64,000 nucleotides of DNA. Origin: Pseudomonadota bacterium. Lineage in GTDB: Bacteria; Pseudomonadota; Alphaproteobacteria; Acetobacterales; Acetobacteraceae. Below are positions 63,353-64,000 of the stretch, one piece after another. The stretch's first letter is position 1, and the number at the start of each line of letters is the position of its first letter. The position numbers and the translations under genes were made by a program. Location of the stretch: NCBI GenBank assembly GCA_018240635.1, contig JAFEFJ010000002.1:1251-65250 (forward strand), in the 5' to 3' direction. Below the pieces are notes generated by a model that made no database searches, was not told where the DNA came from, and worked only from the letters and a program-made list of their open reading frames with translations.

Positions 63353-64000
63353 TGGCGGCAATGTCGATGAAGGCGGGGGCGGGCGGAGCCGGGGCGATCG
63401 GCGCCGACCGCCTCGCGCCGCTCCTGGCGCCGCGCAGCATCGCCTTCGTCGGCGCGAGCCTGCGTCCCAACACGCCCGGCAACGACATGATGCGCATGAT
63501 CCGCGCCGGCGGATACGAAGGCACGGTGTTCGGTGTCGATCCCAACGCGCGGGAGGTGGAAGGCTATCCCTGCGTGCCGGCCCTGGCCGACCTGCTTGCC
63601 GCGCCCGATCTCGCCGTGCTTTCGGTGCGCAACGACCGGCTGGAAGCGGCGCTGCGCGAAGCCGTGGCGGCGGGCGCGCGCGCAGCGGTGATATTCGGCT
63701 CCGCGCTGCTCGACGACGACACCGACCCGCCGCTCGCGCGACGTCTCGCCGCCATCGCCGCCGAGTCGGAAATGCCGATCTGCGGGCCGAACTGCATGGG
63801 ATTCTACAACGACCTCGACCGGATCTGGGTGTGCGGATTCCCGAGCCCGCGCACGCCGGTGCCGGGATCGATCGCCTTCATCGCCCACTCGGGCAGCGTG
63901 TTCGGCGCGCTTGCGCACAACGATCCGCGGCTGCGCTTCGCCTTCGCCGTCTCCCCCGGCGGCGAGGCGACCGCGACCGTAGCCGACTACATCGCCTACG
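63352..64000 (+). CDS. NDP-forming acyl-CoA synthetase / CoA-binding domain protein, N-terminal part (runs off window)
   Basis: ATG 63352 overlaps the upstream TGA by 1 nt. MAAMSMKAGAGGAGAIGADRLAPLLAPRSIAFVGASLRPNTPGNDMMRMIRAGGYEGTVFGVDPNAREVEGYPCVPALADL..., a succinyl-CoA-synthetase-like CoA-binding fold. The frame stays open to the window end. Confidence 0.7.
   Translation, partial: MAAMSMKAGAGGAGAIGADRLAPLLAPRSIAFVGASLRPNTPGNDMMRMIRAGGYEGTVFGVDPNAREVEGYPCVPALADLLAAPDLAVLSVRNDRLEAALREAVAAGARAAVIFGSALLDDDTDPPLARRLAAIAAESEMPICGPNCMGFYNDLDRIWVCGFPSPRTPVPGSIAFIAHSGSVFGALAHNDPRLRFAFAVSPGGEATATVADYIAY

Overview
The window is very GC-rich by eye (not computed) and looks alphaproteobacterial. No rRNA, tRNA, CRISPR array, transposase or integrase was recognised. 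It has three parts.

(1) Positions 1-37257 are an almost complete photosynthesis gene cluster (PGC) of a purple or aerobic anoxygenic phototroph.
- Minus strand: bchF-N-B-H-L-M, lhaA, puhA-B-C, a 97-aa ORF (possible bciE), acsF, puhE, hemA, a HiPIP gene, bchI-D-O, crtI-B and a 50-aa membrane ORF.
- Plus strand: crtD-C.
- Minus strand: crtE-F, bchC-X-Y-Z, pufB-A and the first 29 codons of pufL.
- Plus strand: ppaA/aerR, ppsR, bchG, bchP, tspO.
- Genes are packed tightly, with many 1-nt or 4-nt stop/start overlaps.
- Perfect TGT-N12-ACA (PpsR/CrtJ-type) palindromes lie upstream of bchC, between crtE and crtD, upstream of crtI (inside the 3' end of bchO) and over the annotated bchF start.

(2) Positions 37381-44738 are an accessory block at the PGC border.
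- Two TPR-fused transferases: SEC-C/TPR/sulfotransferase and TPR/GT9-like glycosyltransferase.
- They converge on a 1338-aa Gly/Thr/Ser/Ala-rich repeat protein with no recognisable signal peptide, beta-barrel or RTX motifs.
- This is the most likely place for an undescribed system, possibly a surface or secreted repeat protein with dedicated modifying enzymes.

(3) Positions 45025-64000 are ordinary metabolism.
- glsA, an asparaginase, tauD, putA, a Liv-type ABC importer and an enoyl-CoA hydratase.
- A PuuR-like regulator divergent from a CrtI-family oxidoreductase.
- A Pot-type ABC importer with three separate reading-frame disruptions.
- The start of an NDP-forming acyl-CoA synthetase.

The many long Arg/Ala/Pro-rich ORFs in the six-frame track are antisense or off-frame shadows, as expected in high-GC DNA. 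All product calls come from reading the translated ORFs and recalling family motifs. No database search was run.
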